A stretch of 64,000 nucleotides of DNA from the human T2T-CHM13v2.0 reference genome, Homo sapiens: the NCBI RefSeq assembly GCF_009914755.1, contig NC_060948.1; one strand, written 5' to 3'. The position numbers were made by a program, and so were the translations under genes. The notes below the pieces were generated by a model. The model saw only the letters and a program-made list of their open reading frames with translations, was not told where the DNA came from and made no database searches. Position 1 is the stretch's first letter; each line of letters starts with the position of its first letter. Shown piece after piece: positions 21,711 to 43,493 of this stretch.

Positions 21711-23815
21711 AGATCCATATTTTTTAAATGAAAAAAAATTTCAAAGGTACTCTGCTTGGTACAATAATCAAATGTATAAACTGAGGAATAAAACATAACC
21801 ATGAAACCTACTTATAACTGCATATGGAAAATACAGAGGATAATTTTTTAAATAACATATTTTGAAAGCCTTAACTAGTAATTTGAAGAGCTGGCATTTG
21901 AAAGGCCAGTATGAATATACCTTCAAAGCAGCAACACAGGTTCCCCATGAGAAAAAGCAAACACAGGGAAAATAAAAACACAAAGGTTCAATCTCTTCTG
22001 ACCTTTGAAAGACACAGCACAGACAGTGGTCCTTAGGACGAAGAGCAGGAGACCCCTAATTCCGTCACCATGGCGATAGGGCATAAACATTGCTGGGTGA
22101 GGGCACAATCCACATTGTGAGGTCCAACTGCTGCCAGGAAGACACGAGTGCTTTTACATAGACCGAAAGGTCTTTGAAGGCTCAGAGTTTTGTTTCAAGA
22201 ACTGAATCCCAAGCCCACACGTTATTAGGCTGCGCTTCTTTAAACAAGTTATGAGATGGGAAAAAGGGCACCCACAAACATACGTATACATTATGTATAT
22301 AATAATATACAGTATCATATATATAATATATATAACCTATGTATAATATTGTTTTACATCCTGCATCTTATGTTATATATATTGTATAAAATATAATAGT
22401 TGATAATATATAAGTTTTATAATTATACAATATGACATATAGTATATATTATAATTTATGACATATATAATATATGTTATATGTCATATATAGAATATAT
22501 TATACGGTTAATATACGTATTAAATATAAATTATACATTATATATATTATATATAATATATCTGTTATATATAATACCCATTATGCATAATATATATATT
22601 ATATCTATGTTATATATAGTATAAAACAACATATAATAATATATAATTGTATATATAAAATGCGACATATAATATATATTATATTTTATAACATATGTAA
22701 TATATATTATATATTATATATAATACGTTGTAAGTATAATACCTATATTAAATATATATTATATGACTATGTTATTAATTACATGTCACATGTGTTATAT
22801 ATTATATATTTTACATAGAATATACCGGTTACATACAATATATACTATGTTACCTATAATGTATAATTTAATACATGTAAAATAAAGAATGCAATATATT
22901 ATGTATAATTTATAATATACCATATGTGGAATGTGATATATATAACATATAATATATGATATATGATATACAGTATATGATATATAACATACAATATATG
23001 ATTCCTAATATATATGGTATACAATATATATTTTATGATATGTATTCTATATGTTTTATATTCTGTTATATATAACTATTTGAAATTATATATAACTGTA
23101 TAATATTTTATGTAAATATGTAATATAATATATATAACTATATAATATATTATATATAACTATATATTATGTTATATATACTTTTATAACATAATTTACA
23201 TAAAATATCATAATATAATATATATTATATTATTTCATATTACATAATATATATTACATATCACCCAATATAACTAACATACATAATATTATAATATAGA
23301 TTATATTGCGTTATATTAAATATCATATATATCATGTATCATATATTCTATAATATATATTACACATTATATAATATGTATGTTGTCTATTATGTGATAT
23401 ATATAACTATATATATAATTATATTTTTATACATATAACTAGATAAACATGTAATTCTACATATTTTCATTTATAATATGTAGAATTATATAATCATATA
23501 TAATTATTTATATTCTATAAAAAATTTTATCATTATATAAATTATAATATATAAAAATTATAATATGTACTACAAATATATATATTATATATCATATATG
23601 ATATAGTACCTTTGTTATATATCATAATACATATACATGTGTATTATGTTATCTATAATTATATAATTTCATATATAAGATGTATAATATGTATCATATA
23701 TTATATAAGTTATGTAATATATATAGTATATATAAGATGACACAGGATAAATATTATATACTATGACATATAAAATATATGAGGTTATATGTTACATATA
23801 AGGCATAGCACATAA

Positions 23816-24130
<315 letters not shown>

Positions 24131-26235
24131 AGATCCATATTTTTTAAATGAAAAAAAATTTCAAAGGTACTCTGCTTGGTACAATAATCAAATGTATAAA
24201 CTGAGGAATAAAACATAACCATGAAACCTACTTATAACTGCATATGGAAAATACAGAGGATAATTTTTTAAATAACATATTTTGAAAGCCTTAACTAGTA
24301 ATTTGAAGAGCTGGCATTTGAAAGGCCAGTATGAATATACCTTCAAAGCAGCAACACAGGTTCCCCATTAGAAAAAGCAAACACAGGGAAAATAAAACCA
24401 CAAAGGTTCAATCTCTTCTGACCTTTGAAAGACACAGCACAGACAGTGGTCCTTAGGACGAAGAGCAGGAGACCCCTAATTCCGTCACCATGGCGATAGG
24501 GCATAAACATTGCTGGGTGAGGGCACAATCCACATTGTGAGGTCCAACTGCTGCCAGGAAGACAGGAGTGCTTTTACATAGACCGAAAGGTCATTGAAGG
24601 CTCAGAGTTTTGTTTCAAGAACTGAATCCCAAGCCCACACGTTATTAGGCTGCGCTTCTTAAAACAAGTTATGAGATGGGAAAAAGGGCACCCACAAACA
24701 TACATATACATTATGTATATAATAATATACAGTATCATATATATAATATATATAACCTATGTATAATAGTGTTTTACATCCTGCATCTTATGTTATATAT
24801 ATTGTATAAAATATAATAATTGATAATATATAAGTTTTATATTTATACAATATGACATATAGTATATATTATAATTTATGACATATATAATATATGTTAT
24901 ATGTCATATATAGAATATATTATACGGTTAATATACGTATTAAATATAAATTATACATTATATATATTATATATAATATATCTGTTATATATAATACCCA
25001 TTATGCATAATATATATATTATGTCTATGTTATATATAGTATAAAACAACATATAATAATATATAATTGTATATATAAAATGCGACATATAATATATATT
25101 ATATTTTATAACATATGTAATATATATTATATATTATATATAATACGTTGTATGTATAATACCTATATTAAATATATGTTATATGACTATGTTATTAATT
25201 ACATGTCACATGTGTTATATATTATATATTTTACATAGAATATACCGGTTACATACAATATATACTATGTTACCTATAATGTATAATTTATTACATGTAA
25301 AATAAAGAATGCAATATATTATGTATAATTTATAATATACCATATGTGGAATGTGATATATATAACATATAATATATGATATATGATATACAGTATATGA
25401 TATATAACATACAATATATGATTCCTAATATATATGGTATACAATATATATTTTATGATATGTATTCTATATGTTTTATATTCTGTTATATATAACTATT
25501 TGAAATTATATATAACTGTATAATATTTTATGTAAATATGTAATATAATATATATAACTATATAATATATTATATATAACTATATATTATGTTATATATA
25601 CTTTTATAACATAATTTACATAAAATATCATAATATAATATATATTATATTATTTCATATTACATAATATATATTACATATCACCCAATATAACTAACAT
25701 ACATAATATTATAATATAGATTATATTGTGTTATATTAAATATCATATATATCATGTATCATATATTCTATAATATATATTACACATTATATAATATGTA
25801 TGTTGTCTATTATGTGATATATATAACTATATATATAATTATATTTTTATACATATAACTAGATAAACATGTAATTCTACATATTTTCATTTATAATATG
25901 TAGAATTATATAATCATATATAATTATTTATATTCTATAAAAAATTTTATCATTATATAAATTATAATATATAAAAATTATAATATGTACTACAAATATA
26001 TATATTATATATCATATATGATATAGTACCTTTGTTATATTTCATAATACATATAAATGTGTATTATGTTATCTATAATTATATAATTTCATATATAAGA
26101 TGTATAATGTGTATCATATATTATATATGTTATGTAATATATATAGTATATATAAGATGACACAGGATAAATATTATATACTATGACATATAAAATATAT
26201 GAGGTTATATGTTACATATAAGGCATAGCACATAA

Positions 26236-26550
<315 letters not shown>

Positions 26551-28655
26551 AGATCCATATTTTTTAAATGAAAAAAAATTTCAAAGGTACTCTGCTTGGT
26601 ATAATGATCAAATGTATAAACTGAGGAATAAAACATAACCATGAAACCTACTTATAACTGCATATGGAAAATACAGAGGATAATTTTTTAAATAACATAT
26701 TTTGAAAGCCTTAACTAGTAATTTGAAGAGTTGGCATTTGAAAGGCCAGTATGAATATACCTTCAAAGCAGCAACACAGGTTCCCCATGAGAAAAAGCAA
26801 ACACAGGGAAAACAAAAACACAAAGGTTCAATCTCTTCTGACCTTTGAAAGACACAGCACAGACAGTGGTCCTTAGGACGAAGAGCAGGAGACCCCTAAT
26901 TCCGTCACCATGGCGATAGGGCATAAACATTGCTGGGTGAGGGCACAATCCACATTGTGAGGTCCAACTGCTGCCAGGAAGACAGGAGTGCTTTTACATA
27001 GACCGAAAGGTCATTGAAGGCTCAGAGTTTTGTTTCAAGAACTGAATCCCAAGCCCACACGTTATTAGGCTGCGCTTCTTAAAACAAGTTATGAGATGGG
27101 AAAAAGGGCACCCACAAACATACGTATACATTATGTATATAATAATATACAGTATCATATATATAATATATATAACCTATGTATAATACTGTTTTACATC
27201 CTGCATCTTATGTTATATATATTGTATAAAATATAATAATTGATAATATATAAGTTTTATAATTATACAATATGACATATAGTATATATTATAATTTATG
27301 ACATATATAATATATGTTATATGTCATATATAGAATATATTATACGGTTAATATACGTATTAAATATAAATTATACATTATATATATTATATACAATATA
27401 TCTGTTATATATAATACCCATTATGCATAATATATATATTATGTCTATGTTATATATAGTATAAAACAACATATAATAATATATAATTGTATATATAAAA
27501 TGCGACATATAATATATATTATATTTTATAACATATGTAATATATATTATATATTATATATAATACGTTGTATGTATAATACCTATATTAAATATATATT
27601 ATATGACTATGTTATTAATTACATGTCACATGTGTTATATATTATATATTTTACATAGAATATACCGGTTACGTACAATATATACTATGTTACCTATAAT
27701 GTATAATTTATTACATGTAAAATAAAGAATGCAATATATTATGTATAATTTATAATATACCATATGTGGAATGTGATATATATAACATATAATATATGAT
27801 ATATGATATACAGTATATGATATATAACATACAATATATGATTCCTAATATATACGGTATACAATATATATTTTATGATATGTATTCTATATGTTTTATA
27901 TTCTGTTATATATAACTATTTGAAATTATATATAACTGTATAATATTTTATGTAAATATGTAATATAATATATATAACTATATAATATATTATATATAAC
28001 TATATATTATGTTATATATACTTTTATAACATAATTTACATAAAATATCATAATATAATATATATTATATTATTTCATATTACATAATATATATTACATA
28101 TCACCCAATATAACTAACATACATAATATTATAATATAGATTATATTGTGTTATATTAAATATCATATATATCATGTATCATATATTCTATAATATATAT
28201 TACACATTATATAATATGTATGTTGTCTATTATGTGATATATATAACTATATATATAATTATATTTTTATACATATAACTAGATAAACATGTAATTCTAC
28301 ATATTTTCATTTATAATATGTAGAATTATATAATCATATATAATTATTTATATTCTATAAAAAATTTTATCATTATATAAATTATAATATATAAAAATTA
28401 TAATATGTACTACAAATATATATATTATATATCATATATGATATAGTACCTTTGTTATATATCATAATACATATACATGTGTATTATGTTATCTATAATT
28501 ATATAATTTCATATATAAGATGTATAATATGTATCATATATTATATAAGTTATGTAATATATATAGTATATATAAGATGACACAGGATAAATATTATATA
28601 CTATGACATATAAAATATATGAGGTTATATGTTACATATAAGGCATAGCACATAA

Positions 28656-28970
<315 letters not shown>

Positions 28971-31075
28971 AGATCCATATTTTTTAAATGAAAAAAAATT
29001 TCAAAGGTACTCTGCTTGGTACAATAATCAAATGTATAAACTGAGGAATAAAACATAACCATGAAACCTACTTATAACTGCATATGGAAAATACAGAGGA
29101 TAATTTTTTAAATAACATATTTTGAAAGCCTTAACTAGTAATTTGAAGAGCTGGCATTTGAAAGGCCAGTATGAATATACCTTCAAAGCAGCAACACAGG
29201 TTCCCCATGAGAAAAAGCAAACACAGGGAAAATAAAACCACAAAGGTTCAATCTCTTCTGACCTTTGAAAGACACAGCACAGACAGTGGTCCTTAGGACG
29301 AAGAGCAGGAGACCCCTAATTCCGTCACCATGGCGATAGGGCATAAACATTGCTGGGTGAGGGCACAATCCACATTGTGAGGTCCAACTGCTGCCAGGAA
29401 GACAGGAGTGCTTTTACATAGACCGAAAGGTCATTGAAGGCTCAGAGTTTTGTTTCAAGAACTGAATCCCAAGCCCACACGTTATTAGGCTGCGCTTCTT
29501 AAAACAAGTTATGAGATGGGAAAAAGGGCACCCACAAACATAAGTATACATTATGTATATAATAATATACAGTATCATATATATAATATATATAACCTAT
29601 GTATAATAGTGTTTTACATCCTGCATCTTATGTTATATATATTGTATAAAATATAATAATTGATAATATATAAGTTTTATATTTATACAATATGACATAT
29701 AGTATATATTATAATTTATGACATATATAATATATGTTATATGTCATATATAGAATATATTATACGGTTAATATACGTATTAAATATAAATTATACATTA
29801 TATATATTATATATAATATATCTGTTATATATAATACCCATTATGCATAATATATATATTATGTCTATGTTATATATAGTATAAAACAACATATAATAAT
29901 ATATAATTGTATATATAAAATGCGACATATAATATATATTATATTTTATCACATATGTAATATATATTATATATTATATATAATACGTTGTATGTATAAT
30001 ACCTATATTACATATATGTTATATGACTATGTTATTAATTACATGTCACATGTGTTATATATTATATATTTTACATAGAATATACCGGTTACATACAATA
30101 TATACTATGTTACCTATAATGTATAATTTATTACATGTAAAATAAAGAATGCAATATATTATGTATAATTTATAATATACCATATGTGGAATGTGATATA
30201 TATAACATATAATATATGATATATGATATACAGTATATGATATATAACATACAATATATGATTCCTAATATATATGGTATACAATATATATTTTATGATA
30301 TGTATTCTATATGTTTTATATTCTGTTATATATAACTATTTGAAATTATATAAAACTGTATAATATTTTATGTAAATATGTAATATAATATATATAACTA
30401 TATAATATATTATATATAACTATATATTATGTTATATATACTTTTATAACATAATTTACAAAAAATATCATAATATAATATATATTATATTATTTCATAT
30501 TACATAATATATATTACATATCACCCAATATAACTAACATACATAATATTATAATATAGATTATATTGTGTTATATTAAATATCATATATATCATGTATC
30601 ATATATTCTATAATATATATTACACATTATATAATATGTATGTTGTCTATTATGTGATATATATAACTATATATATAATTATATTTTTATACATATAACT
30701 AGATAAACATGTAATTCTACATATTTTCATTTATAATATGTAGAATTATATAATCATATATAATTATTTATATTCTATAAAAAATTTTATCATTATATAA
30801 ATTATAATATATAAAAATTATAATATGTACTACAAATATATATATTATATATCATATATGATATAGTACCTTTGTTATATTTCATAATACATATAAATGT
30901 GTATTATGTTATCTATAATTATATAATTTCATATATAAGATGTATAATATGTATCATATATTATATATGTTATGTAATATATATAGTATATATAAGATGA
31001 CACAGGATAAATATTATATACTATGACATATAAAATATATGAGGTTATATGTTACATATAAGGCATAGCACATAA

Positions 31076-31390
<315 letters not shown>

Positions 31391-33490
31391 AGATCCATAT
31401 TTTTTAAATGAAAAAAAATTTCAAAGGTACTCTGCTTGGTACAATAATCAAATGTATAAACTGAGGAATAAAACATAACCATGAAACCTACTTATAACTG
31501 CATATGGAAAATACAGAAGATAATTTTTTAAATAACATATTTTGAAAGCCTTAACTAGTAATTTGAAGAGTTGGCATTTGAAAGGCCAGTATGAATATAC
31601 CTTCAAAGCAGCAACACAGGTTCCCCATGAGAAAAAGCAAACACAGGGAAAATTAAAACACAAAGGTTCAATCTCTTCTGACCTTTGAAAGACACAGCAC
31701 AGACAGTGGTCCTTAGGAGGAAGAGCACGAGACCCCTAATTCCGTCACCATGGCGATAGGGCATAAACATTGCTGGGTGAGGGCACAATCCACATTGTGA
31801 GGTCCAACTGCTGCCAGGAAGACAGGAGTGCTTTTACATAGACCGAAAGGTCATTGAAGGCTCAGAGTTTTGTTTCAAGAACTGAATCCCAAGCCCACAC
31901 GTTATTAGGCTGCGCTTCTTAAAACAAGTTATGAGATGGGAAAAAGGGCACCCACAAACATACGTATACATTATGTATATAATAATATACAGTATCATAT
32001 ATATAATATATATAACCTATGTATAATATTGTTTTACATCCTGCATCTTATGTTATATATATTGTATAAAATATAATAATTGATAATATATAAGTTTTAT
32101 AATTATACAATATGACATATAGTATATATTATAATTTATGACATATATAATATATGTTATATGTCATATATAGAATATATTATACGGTTAATATACGTAT
32201 TAAATATAAATTATACATTATATATATTATATATAATATATCTGTTATATATAATACCCATTATGCATAATATATATATTATGTCTATGTTATATATAGT
32301 ATAAAACAACATATAATAATATATAATTGTATATATAAAATGCGACATATAATATATATTATATTTTATAACATATGTAATATATATTATATATAATACG
32401 TTGTATGTATAATACCTATATTAAATATATATTATATGACTATGTTATTAATTACATGTCACATGTGTTATATATTATATATTTTACATAGAATATACCG
32501 GTTACATACAATATATACTATGTTACCTATAATGTATAATTTATTACATGTAAAATAAAGAATGCAATATATTATGTATAATTTATAATATACAATATGT
32601 GGAATGTGACATATGTAACATATAATATATGATATATGATATACAGTATATGATATATAACATACAATATATGATTCCTAATATATACGGTATACAATAT
32701 ATATTTTATGATATGTATTCTATATGTTTTATATTCTGTTATATATAACTATTTGAAATTATATATAACTGTATAATATTTTATGTAAATATGTAATATA
32801 ATATATATAACTATATAATATATTATATATAACTATATATTATGTTATATATACTTTTATAACATAATTTACATAAAATATCATAATATAATATATATTA
32901 TATTATTTCATATTACATAATATATATTACATATCACCCAATATAACTAACATACATAATATTATAATATAGATTATATTATGTTATATTAAATATCATA
33001 TATATCATGTATCATATATTCTATAATATATATTACACATTATATAATATGTATGTTGTCTATTATGTGATATATATAACTCAATATATAATTATATTTT
33101 TATACATATAACTAGATAAACATGTAATTCTACATATTTTCATTTATAATATGTAGAATTATATAATCATATATAATTATTTATATTCTATAAAAAATTT
33201 TATCATTATATAAATTATAATATATAAAAATTATAATATGTACTACAAATATATATATATTATATATCATATATGATATAGTACCTTTGTTATATATCAT
33301 AATACATATAAATGTGTATTATGTTATCTATAATTATATAATTTCATATATAAGATGTATAATATGTATCATATATTATATATGTTATGTAATATATATA
33401 GTATATATAAGATGACACAGGATAAATATTATATACTATGACATATAAAATATATGAGGTTATATGTTACATATAAGGCATAGCACATAA

Positions 33491-33805
<315 letters not shown>

Positions 33806-35912
33806 AGATCCATATTTTTTAAATGAAAAAAAATTTCAAAGGTACTCTGCTTGGTACAATAATCAAATGTATAAACTGAGGAATAAAACATAACCATGAA
33901 ACCTACTTATAACTGCATATGGAAAATACAGAGGATAATTTTTTAAATAACATATTTTGAAAGCCTTAACTAGTAATTTGAAGAGTTGGCATTTGAAAGG
34001 CCAGTATGAATAAACCTTCAAAGCAGCAACACAGGTTCCCCATGAGAAAAAACAAACACAGGGAAAATAAAAACACAAAGGTTCAATCTCTTCTGACCTT
34101 TGAAAGACACAGCACAGACAGTGGTCCTTAGGACGAAGAGCAGGAGACCCCTAATTCCGTCACCATGGCGATAGGGCATAAACATTGCTGGGTGAGGGCA
34201 CAATCCACATTGTGAGGTCCAACTGCTGCCAGGAAGACAGGAGTGCTTTTACATAGACCGAAAGGTCATTGAAGGCTCAGAGTTTTGTTTCAAGAACTGA
34301 ATCCCAAGCCCACACGTTATTAGGCTGCGCTTCTTAAAACAAGTTATGAGATGGGAAAAAGGGCACCCACAAACATACGTATACATTATGTATATAATAA
34401 TATACTGTATCATATATATAATATATATAACCTATGTATAATATTGTTTTACATCCTGCATCTTATGTTATATATATTGTATAAAATATAATAATTGATA
34501 ATATATAAGTTTTATAATTATACAATATGACATATAGTATATATTATAATTTATGACATATATAATATATGTTATATATCATATATAGAATATATTATAC
34601 GGTTAATATACGTATTAAATATAAATTATACCTTATATATATTATATATAATATATCTGTTATATATAATACCCATTATGCATAATATATATATTATGTC
34701 TATGTTATATATAGTATAAAACAACATATTATAATATATAATTGTATATATAAAATGCGACATATAATATATATTATATTTTATAACATATGTAATATAT
34801 ATTATATATTATATATAATACGTTGTATGTATAATACCTATATTAAATATATATTATATGACTATGTTATTAATTACATGTCACATGTGTTATATATTAT
34901 ATATTTTACATAGAATATACCGGTTACATACAATATATACTATGTTACCTATAATGTATAATTTATTACATGTAAAATAAAGAATGCAATATATTATGTA
35001 TAATTTATAATATACAATATGTGGAATGTGACATATGTAACATATAATACATGATATATGATATACAGTATATGATATATAACATACAATATATGATTCC
35101 TAATATATATGGTATACAATATATATTTTATGATATGTATTCTATATGTTTTATATTCTGTTATATATAACTATTTGAAATTATATATAACTGTATAATA
35201 TTTTATGTAAATATGTAATATAATATATATAACTATATAATATATTATATATAACTATATATTATGTTATATATACTTTTATAACATAATTTACATAAAA
35301 TATCATAATATAATATATATTATATTATTTCATATTACATAATATATATTACATATCACCCAATATAACTAACATACATAATATTATAATATAGATTATA
35401 TTATGTTATATTAAATATCATATATATCATGTATCATATATTCTATAATATATATTACACATTATATAATATGTATGTTGTCTATTATGTGATATATATA
35501 ACTCAATATATAATTATATTTTTATACATATAACTAGATAAACATGTAATTCTACATATTTTCATTTATAATATGTAGAATTATATAATCATATATAATT
35601 ATTTATATTCTATAAAAAATTTTATCATTATATAAATTATAATATATAAAAATTATAATATGTACTACAAATATATATATATTATATATCATATATGATA
35701 TAGTACCTTTGTTATATATCATAATACATATAAATGTGTATTATGTTATCTATAATTATATAATTTCATATATAAGATGTATAATATGTATCATATATTA
35801 TATATGTTATGTAATATATATAGTATATATAAGATGACACAGGATAAATATTATATACTATGACATATAAAATATATGAGGTTATATGTTACATATAAGG
35901 CATAGCACATAA

Positions 35913-36227
<315 letters not shown>

Positions 36228-38334
36228 AGATCCATATTTTGTAAATGAAAAAAAATTTCAAAGGTACTCTGCTTGGTACAATAATCAAATGTATAAACTG
36301 AGGAATAAAACATAACCATGAAACCTACTTATAACTGCATATGGAAAATACAGAGGATAATTTTTTAAATAACATATTTTGAAAGCCTTAACTAGTAATT
36401 TGAAGAGTTGGCATTTGAAAGGCCAGTATGAATAAACCTTCAAAGCAGCAACACAGGTTCCCCATGAGAAAAAGCAAACACAGGGAAAATAAAAACACAA
36501 AGGTTCAATCTCTTCTGACCTTTGAAAGACACAGCACAGACAGTGGTCCTTAGGACGAAGAGCAGGAGACCCCTAATTCCGTCACCATGGCGATAGGGCA
36601 TAAACATTGCTGGGTGAGGGCACAATCCACATTGTGAGGTCCAACTGCTGCCAGGAAGACAGGAGTGCTTTTACATAGACCGAAAGGTCATTGAAGGCTC
36701 AGAGTTTTGTTTCAAGAACTGAATCCCAAGCCCACACGTTATTAGGCTGCGCTTCTTAAAACAAGTTATGAGATGGGAAAAAGGGCACCCACAAACATAC
36801 GTATACATTATGTATATAATAATATACTGTATCATATATATAATATATATAACCTATGTATAATATTGTTTTACATCCTGCATCTTATGTTATATATATT
36901 GTATAAAATATAATAATTGATAATATATAAGTTTTATAATTATACAATATGACATATAGTATATATTATAATTTATGACATATATAATATATGTTATATA
37001 TCATATATAGAATATATTATACGGTTAATATACGTATTAAATATAAATTATACCTTATATATATTATATATAATATATCTGTTATATATAATACCCATTA
37101 TGCATAATATATATATTATGTCTATGTTATATATAGTATAAAACAACATATTATAATATATAATTGTATATATAAAATGCGACATATAATATATATTATA
37201 TTTTATAACATATGTAATATATATTATATATTATATATAATACGTTGTATGTATAATACCTATATTAAATATATATTATATGACTATGTTATTAATTACA
37301 TGTCACATGTGTTATATATTATATATTTTACATAGAATATACCGGTTACATACAATATATACTATGTTACCTATAATGTATAATTTATTACATGTAAAAT
37401 AAAGAATGCAATATATTATGTATAATTTATAATATACAATATGTGGAATGTGACATATGTAACATATAATACATGATATATGATATACAGTATATGATAT
37501 ATAACATACAATATATGATTCCTAATATATATGGTATACAATATATATTTTATGATATGTATTCTATATGTTTTATATTCTGTTATATATAACTATTTGA
37601 AATTATATATAACTGTATAATATTTTATGTAAATATGTAATATAATATATATAACTATATAATATATTATATATAACTATATATTATGTTATATATACTT
37701 TTATAACATAATTTACATAAAATATCATAATATAATATATATTATATTATTTCATATTACATAATATATATTACATATCACCCAATATAACTAACATACA
37801 TAATATTATAATATAGATTATATTATGTTATATTAAATATCATATATATCATGTATCATATATTCTATAATATATATTACACATTATATAATATGTATGT
37901 TGTCTATTATGTGATATATATAACTCAATATATAATTATATTTTTATACATATAACTAGATAAACATGTAATTCTACATATTTTCATTTATAATATGTAG
38001 AATTATATAATCATATATAATTATTTATATTCTATAAAAAATTTTATCATTATATAAATTATAATATATAAAAATTATAATATGTACTACAAATATATAT
38101 ATATTATATATCATATATGATATAGTACCTTTGTTATATATCATAATACATATAAATGTGTATTATGTTATCTATAATTATATAATTTCATATATAAGAT
38201 GTATAATATGTATCATATATTATATATGTTATGTAATATATATAGTATATATAAGATGACACAGGATAAATATTATATACTATGACATATAAAATATATG
38301 AGGTTACATGTTACATATAAGGCATAGCACATAA

Positions 38335-38649
<315 letters not shown>

Positions 38650-40756
38650 AGATCCATATTTTGTAAATGAAAAAAAATTTCAAAGTTACTCTGCTTGGTA
38701 CAATAATCAAATGTATAAACTGAGGAATAAAACATAACCATGAAACCTACTTATAACTGCATATGGAAAATACAGAGGATAATTTTTTAAATAACATATT
38801 TTGAAAGCCTTAACTAGTAATTTGAAGAGTTGGCATTTGAAAGGCCAGTATGAATAAACCTTCAAAGCAGCAACACAGGTTCCCCATGAGAAAAAGCAAA
38901 CACAGGGAAAATAAAAACACAAAGGTTCAATCTCTTCTGACCTTTGAAAGACACAGCACAGACAATGGTCCTTAGGACGAAGAGCAGGAGACCCCTAATT
39001 CCGTCACCATGGCGATAGGGCATAAACATTGCTGGGTGAGGGCACAATCCACATTGTGAGGTCCAACTGCTGCCAGGAAGACAGGAGTGCTTTTACATAG
39101 ACCGAAAGGTCATTGAAGGCTCAGAGTTTTGTTTCAAGAACTGAATCCCAAGCCCACACGTTATTAGGCTGCGCTTCTTAAAACAAGTTATGAGATGGGA
39201 AAAAGGGCACCCACAAACATACGTATACATTATGTATATAATAATATACTGTATCATATATATAATATATATAACCTATGTATAATATTGTTTTACATCC
39301 TGCATCTTATGTTATATATATTGTATAAAATATAATAATTGATAATATATAAGTTTTATAATTATACAATATGACATATAGTATATATTATAATTTATGA
39401 CATATATAATATATGTTATATATCATATATAGAATATATTATACGGTTAATATACGTATTAAATATAAATTATACCTTATATATATTATATATAATATAT
39501 CTGTTATATATAATACCCATTATGCATAATATATATATTATGTCTATGTTATATATAGTATAAAACAACATATTATAATATATAATTGTATATATAAAAT
39601 GCGACATATAATATATATTATATTTTATAACATATGTAATATATATTATATATTATATATAATACGTTGTATGTATAATACCTATATTAAATATATATTA
39701 TATGACTATGTTATTAATTACATGTCACATGTGTTATATATTATATATTTTACATAGAATATACCGGTTACATACAATATATACTATGTTACCTATAATG
39801 TATAATTTATTACATGTAAAATAAAGAATGCAATATATTATGTATAATTTATAATATACAATATGTGGAATGTGACATATGTAACATATAATATATGATA
39901 TTTGATATACAGTATATGATATATAACATACAATATATGATTCCTAATATATACGGTATACAATATATATTTTATGATATGTATTCTATATGTTTTATAT
40001 TCTGTTATATATAACTATTTGAAATTATATATAACTGTATAATATTTTATGTAAATATGTAATATAATATATATAACTATATAATATATTATATATAACT
40101 ATATATTATGTTATATATACTTTTATAACATAATTTACATAAAATATCATAATATAATATATATTATATTATTTCATATTACATAATATATATTACATAT
40201 CACCCAATATAACTAACATACATAATATTATAATATAGATTATATTATGTTATATTAAATATCATATATATCATGTATCATATATTCTATAATATATATT
40301 ACACATTATATAATATGTATGTTGTCTATTATGTGATATATATAACTCAATATATAATTATATTTTTATACATATAACTAGATAAACATGTAATTCTACA
40401 TATTTTCATTTATAATATGTAGAATTATATAATCATATATAATTATTTATATTCTATAAAAAATTTTATCATTATATAAATTATAATATATAAAAATTAT
40501 AATATGTACTACAAATATATATATATTATATATCATATATGATATAGTACCTTTGTTATATATCATAATACATATAAATGTGTATTATGTTATCTATAAT
40601 TATATAATTTCATATATAAGATGTATAATATGTATCATATATTATATATGTTATGTAATATATATAGTATATATAAGATGACACAGGATAAATATTATAT
40701 ACTATGACATATAAAATATATGAGGTTATATGTTACATATAAGGCATAGCACATAA

Positions 40757-41071
<315 letters not shown>

Positions 41072-43178
41072 AGATCCATATTTTGTAAATGAAAAAAAAT
41101 TTCAAAGTTACTCTGCTTGGTACAATAATCAAATGTATAAACTGAGGAATAAAACATAACCATGAAACCTACTTATAACTGCATATGGAAAATACAGAGG
41201 ATAATTTTTTAAATAACATATTTTGAAAGCCTTAACTAGTAATTTGAAGAGTTGGCATTTGAAAGGCCAGTATGAATAAACCTTCAAAGCAGCAACACAG
41301 GTTCCCCAGGAGAAAAAGCAAACACAGGGAAAATAAAAACACAAAGGTTCAATCTCTTCTGACCTTTGAAAGACACAGCACAGACAATGGTCCTTAGGAC
41401 GAAGAGCAGGAGACCCCTAATTCCGTCACCATGGCGATAGGGCATAAACATTGCTGGGTGAGGGCACAATCCACATTGTGAGGTCCAACTGCTGCCAGGA
41501 AGACAGGAGTGCTTTTACATAGACCGAAAGGTCATTGAAGGCTCAGAGTTTTGTTTCAAGAACTGAATCCCAAGCCCACACGTTATTAGGCTGCGCTTCT
41601 TAAAACAAGTTATGAGATGGGAAAAAGGGCACCCACAAACATACGTATACATTATGTATATAATAATATACTGTATCATATATATAATATATATAACCTA
41701 TGTATAATATTGTTTTACATCCTGCATCTTATGTTATATATATTGTATAAAATATAATAATTGATAATATATAAGTTTTATAATTATACAATATGACATA
41801 TAGTATATATTATAATTTATGACATATATAATATATGTTATATATCATATATAGAATATATTATACGGTTAATATACGTATTAAATATAAATTATACCTT
41901 ATATATATTATATATAATATATCTGTTATATATAATACCCATTATGCATAATATATATATTATGTCTATGTTATATATAGTATAAAACAACATATTATAA
42001 TATATAATTGTATATATAAAATGCGACATATAATATATATTATATTTTATAACATATGTAATATATATTATATATTATATATAATACGTTGTATGTATAA
42101 TACCTATATTAAATATATATTATATGACTATGTTATTAATTACATGTCACATGTGTTATATATTATATATTTTACATAGAATATACCGGTTACATACAAT
42201 ATATACTATGTTACCTATAATGTATAATTTATTACATGTAAAATAAAGAATGCAATATATTATGTATAATTTATAATATACAATATGTGGAATGTGACAT
42301 ATGTAACATATAATACATGATATATGATATACAGTATATGATATATAACATACAATATATGATTCCTAATATATATGGTATACAATATATATTTTATGAT
42401 ATGTATTCTATATGTTTTATATTCTGTTATATATAACTATTTGAAATTATATATAACTGTATAATATTTTATGTAAATATGTAATATAATATATATAACT
42501 ATATAATATATTATATATAACTATATATTATGTTATATATACTTTTATAACATAATTTACATAAAATATCATAATATAATATATATTATATTATTTCATA
42601 TTACATAATATATATTACATATCACCCAATATAACTACCATACATAATATTATAATATAGATTATATTATGTTATATTAAATATCATATATATCATGTAT
42701 CATATATTCTATAATATATATTACACATTATATAATATGTATGTTGTCTATTATGTGATATATATAACTCAATATATAATTATATTTTTATACATATAAC
42801 TAGATAAACATGTAATTCTACATATTTTCATTTATAATATGTAGAATTATATAATCATATATAATTATTTATATTCTATAAAAAATTTTATCATTATATA
42901 AATTATAATATATAAAAATTATAATATGTACTACAAATATATATATATTATATATCATATATGATATAGTACCTTTGTTATATATCATAATACATATAAA
43001 TGTGTATTATGTTATCTATAATTATATAATTTCATATATAAGATGTATAATATGTATCATATATTATATATGTTATGTAATATATATAGTATATATAAGA
43101 TGACACAGGATAAATATTATATACTATGACATATAAAATATATGAGGTTATATGTTACATATAAGGCATAGCACATAA

Positions 43179-43493
<315 letters not shown>
